Source: Candidatus Methanomethylicia archaeon | GTDB lineage: Archaea > Thermoproteota > Methanomethylicia > CALHIW01 | Reading direction: 5' to 3' | DNA length: 64,000 nt | Assembly: GCA_038845975.1 (NCBI GenBank) | Contig: JAWBQF010000011.1 | Span: forward strand, 11,590 to 75,589 | Shown: piece by piece, positions 61,507 through 64,000 of the stretch | How the letters are laid out: each line of letters begins with the position of its first letter | Numbering within the stretch: the first letter of the stretch is position 1 | The notes under the pieces: model-generated | The model's database searches: none | Told to the model about the DNA's origin: nothing | The model's input: only the letters and a program-made list of their open reading frames with translations | Translations under genes and position numbers: made by a program

Positions 61507-62949
61507 ATGAGCAGCATATCAGTAGGGAGAAAACTGGAGATTTTAAGTAGAGAAGACTTGTATGCTATACATCAAGCAACAATTCAAGTTCTTGAAGAAA
61601 TTGGAATAAAATCCTATAGTATGGAGGCTTTAAAGATCTTTTATGAGGCTGGAGCTAATGTTGACTTTAAGGAGAAGCATATTTATATTCCTGAAGCACT
61701 ACTAGACATGGTGAAGAAGGCACCTAGTTGCTTTACAGTTTTCGCTAGAAATCCTAAGCATAATCTTGAGGTTGGTAATGATAATGTATATTATACGCCG
61801 TCCTCTACATTATTTTTCGTTTTTGATCTTGAAACTGGTGAGAGAAGAAAGGCAACACTACGTGACTGTGAACTTCTGTTAAAACTGAATGATGCGCTTC
61901 CACTTATACATGGTAATGCATGTATGGTTCATCCTACAGATGTACCGGAGCATGCAGCCCACGTATATATGATGCTGGCAAGCATATTAAACACATCAAA
62001 AACCTTTAGAGGAAGATGTAGAGGAAAACAGGTAGCTCTTGACTGTATTAGAATGGCATCCATATTAGCAGGTGGAATGGAAGAACTTAGAAAAAAACCA
62101 AATCTAATAACAATATCCAATACTGTAAGTCCATTAATTCTTGAAGAAAACCAGACTGAGGGCTTAATTGAATATGCAAGATTTGGACTACCTGTAGGAG
62201 TATCCTCAGAGATATCAGCAGGAGGTACTGGACCAATTACTTTAGCTGGCTCTCTCGTTGTACAGAATGCTGAAGTTCTAAGCGGAATAATACTTACACA
62301 GCTTATTAATCCCGGTACTCCAGTTCTGTATGGAACTGTTGCAAACATAATGGATGTGAGGACTGGACAAATGTCTTTAGGCTCAATAGAAGCAGGACTT
62401 CTAAACGTAGCTACAGCACAATTGGCACGCTACTACAATATACCATCCAGAGGATCAGCTGGAGCTACTGATAGTAAGGTTCTTGACATGTGCGCAGGCT
62501 ACGAAACAGCTTTAAATCTTATACTTGCAACAATGGCTGGAATAAACTATATTCACTATTGTACGGGAGGTATGGATCTAACACTTACAGCCAGTTATGA
62601 AAAGACAGTGATTGATCATGAAGTATTAAGTGAGATTTACCGTATATTTAGGGGGATTGAGGTTTCTGAGGATAGTTTAGCTCTTGATGCTATTCGTAAA
62701 GTAGGTCCCGGCGGTCACTTCCTATCCTCAAAACATACCCTTACACATCTAAAAATAGAGCAGCCTACTACAATACTTGCAGATAGAGATAGATATGAAA
62801 CATGGGTGAAAAAGGGTAAGATGGATATTAAGACAAGAGCTAAAGCAAGAGTATTAGAAATCCTAAGAGAGCATGAAGTTGAACAACTAGATAAGGATGT
62901 TAAAGCCCAACTTGAAAAATACGTAAAAGATGTAGTTAAACGAAAATGA
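61507..62949 (+). CDS. MttB-superfamily corrinoid methyltransferase, pyrrolysine-free
   Basis: GGTGPITLAGSLVVQNAE, GATDSKVLD..AGYE, VGPGGHFL. No in-frame TAG. Confidence 0.92.
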   Translation: MSSISVGRKLEILSREDLYAIHQATIQVLEEIGIKSYSMEALKIFYEAGANVDFKEKHIYIPEALLDMVKKAPSCFTVFARNPKHNLEVGNDNVYYTPSSTLFFVFDLETGERRKATLRDCELLLKLNDALPLIHGNACMVHPTDVPEHAAHVYMMLASILNTSKTFRGRCRGKQVALDCIRMASILAGGMEELRKKPNLITISNTVSPLILEENQTEGLIEYARFGLPVGVSSEISAGGTGPITLAGSLVVQNAEVLSGIILTQLINPGTPVLYGTVANIMDVRTGQMSLGSIEAGLLNVATAQLARYYNIPSRGSAGATDSKVLDMCAGYETALNLILATMAGINYIHYCTGGMDLTLTASYEKTVIDHEVLSEIYRIFRGIEVSEDSLALDAIRKVGPGGHFLSSKHTLTHLKIEQPTTILADRDRYETWVKKGKMDIKTRAKARVLEILREHEVEQLDKDVKAQLEKYVKDVVKRK

Positions 62950-63039
62950 AGCTAAATTTCCTTTATAGATTTCAATACTAATTATAAATACCTCGTCAAA
63001 TAAAGAAATCATCATAAACTATTTAAATCTTATTTAGGT

Positions 63040-63360
63040 TTATGAGTTTGTTGATAGTAAATGAGTTTACTATGTCTATGCTTCCTCATAGAGCTAGGAC
63101 TAGTAGATCTAAGTGATGGCAAGTATGTATTGAATAGTGTTTTATACGTCTTGCTATCGTGTTATGGATGGATTATGTCTATTAAGTATTATTTTGATTG
63201 TCTTTAGGGTTTAGTGGGATCTTAGAGTGATAGAGTTCTGTTTAAAGTAAGATGCTCAATATAGACTTAATATTTAGAAGATTAAGGAGAATTTCTAGAG
63301 TACTATCTGAATTTCATAGGTATCTAGAAAATGAACTTAAGTTGCCACGTCCATTTATGA
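63040..63360 (+). mobile_element. Degraded IS427-group remnant; limits approximate
   Basis: MLPHRARTSR..YVLNSVLYVL resembles the N-terminus of the 46403-47217 transposase. Confidence 0.45.
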
Positions 63361-63468
63361 TGGCTTAGTATTGCTTAATTCAAAATGTTACACCATAAAC
63401 TGCTATTTACCAAGTACAGTTTTAATAGATTTCACCAATATCTGGATTTGTAGTGTTTAATGTATTAA

Positions 63469-64000
63469 GCTTTGTGGCTTAATTAATTTTGGTTTATTGA
63501 ATCTTTAGTTTATGGATTGGAGGGTTGTTGATGAGTGTTTGATTAGGTGTGGTGAGCTTCTTCTTAGCCTGGAATTTCTGAAGGCTATGATGTTGAGCTT
63601 ATGGATTTGAATCGTGGTAAGGTAGCTGCCCCTTCAAGATTACCGTTAGGTATGTTGAATTCCTTATGGTTGTACGTTATCTCTTCTCAATGCCTTACAG
63701 GCAGCTTGAAGGCTTCACTAGGGCTTTGAACAGGCTTATCCCTTCCATCAGCAGACTACTCATGGATTAGGAGACGTATATTAACGCTTAACCCATCTTT
63801 ATACGATTCGTTGAGGGTTTCCAACGAGCCAGTCACTATAGCCGTAGACTCGAGTGGTGTTAGCGTCCATAAGTCCGGCGGATGGGTTACACGTATGCAT
63901 GGGAGGAGGAAGCGCTATATCAAGATCCACTTCGCAGTAGACGTTAAGACTAAGGAGGTTTTAGCTATGGAGGTAACCACGGACGATTTCCACGACTCGG
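63469..64000 (+). mobile_element. IS5-family (IS903-group) element, frameshifted, runs off the window
   Basis: TIR GCTTTGTGGCTTAATT at 63469. MDWRVVDE...IAVDSSG...IKIHFAVDVKTKE. Confidence 0.88.

Noticed and set aside
182-62949. Pyrrolysine (amber) readthrough in the two mttB genes or in Thg1
   Set aside because: All three ORFs are full length without an internal TAG, and no pyl genes are in the window.
1-64000. CRISPR array, tRNA or rRNA genes
   Set aside because: No regularly spaced repeats, GC-rich cloverleaf or rRNA-like segments were seen. A tRNAscan/Infernal run would be needed to exclude small RNAs.

Overview
AT-rich archaeal chromosomal window. A short, helicase-less XPF, the PoK/PPS route to CoA and deoxyhypusine synthase suggest a TACK/Thermoproteota lineage (inference). 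It holds two pyrrolysine-free MttB-family methyltransferase loci: one coupled to an N-acyl-D-amino-acid deacylase and facing an M20 hydrolase and a peptide ABC importer, the other with a corrinoid protein and an MtrH/MtgA-like enzyme. Also present are a CoA operon, an osmoadaptation cluster (gpgS-like, trkA, HAD phosphatase, mscS), a complete 12-gene transketolase/shikimate/tyrosine operon, a GcvH-flavoprotein-EMO-ETF redox cluster, tRNA-handling genes, TrpRS, moaA, XPF and XPD. Intergenic space is largely decayed IS5/IS6 elements, a nested MITE and eroded pseudogenes. The most striking signal is at the head of the aromatic operon. A Tar-like winged-helix activator is fused to transketolase and preceded by a Tar-box half-site and a TATA box. 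Between them is a strongly SD-led 18-codon leader with Tyr/Phe codons that overlaps the open 5' extension of the fusion frame, which lies -1 relative to the leader. No rRNA, tRNA or CRISPR array was recognised. All family calls come from motif recognition by eye; no database searches were run.
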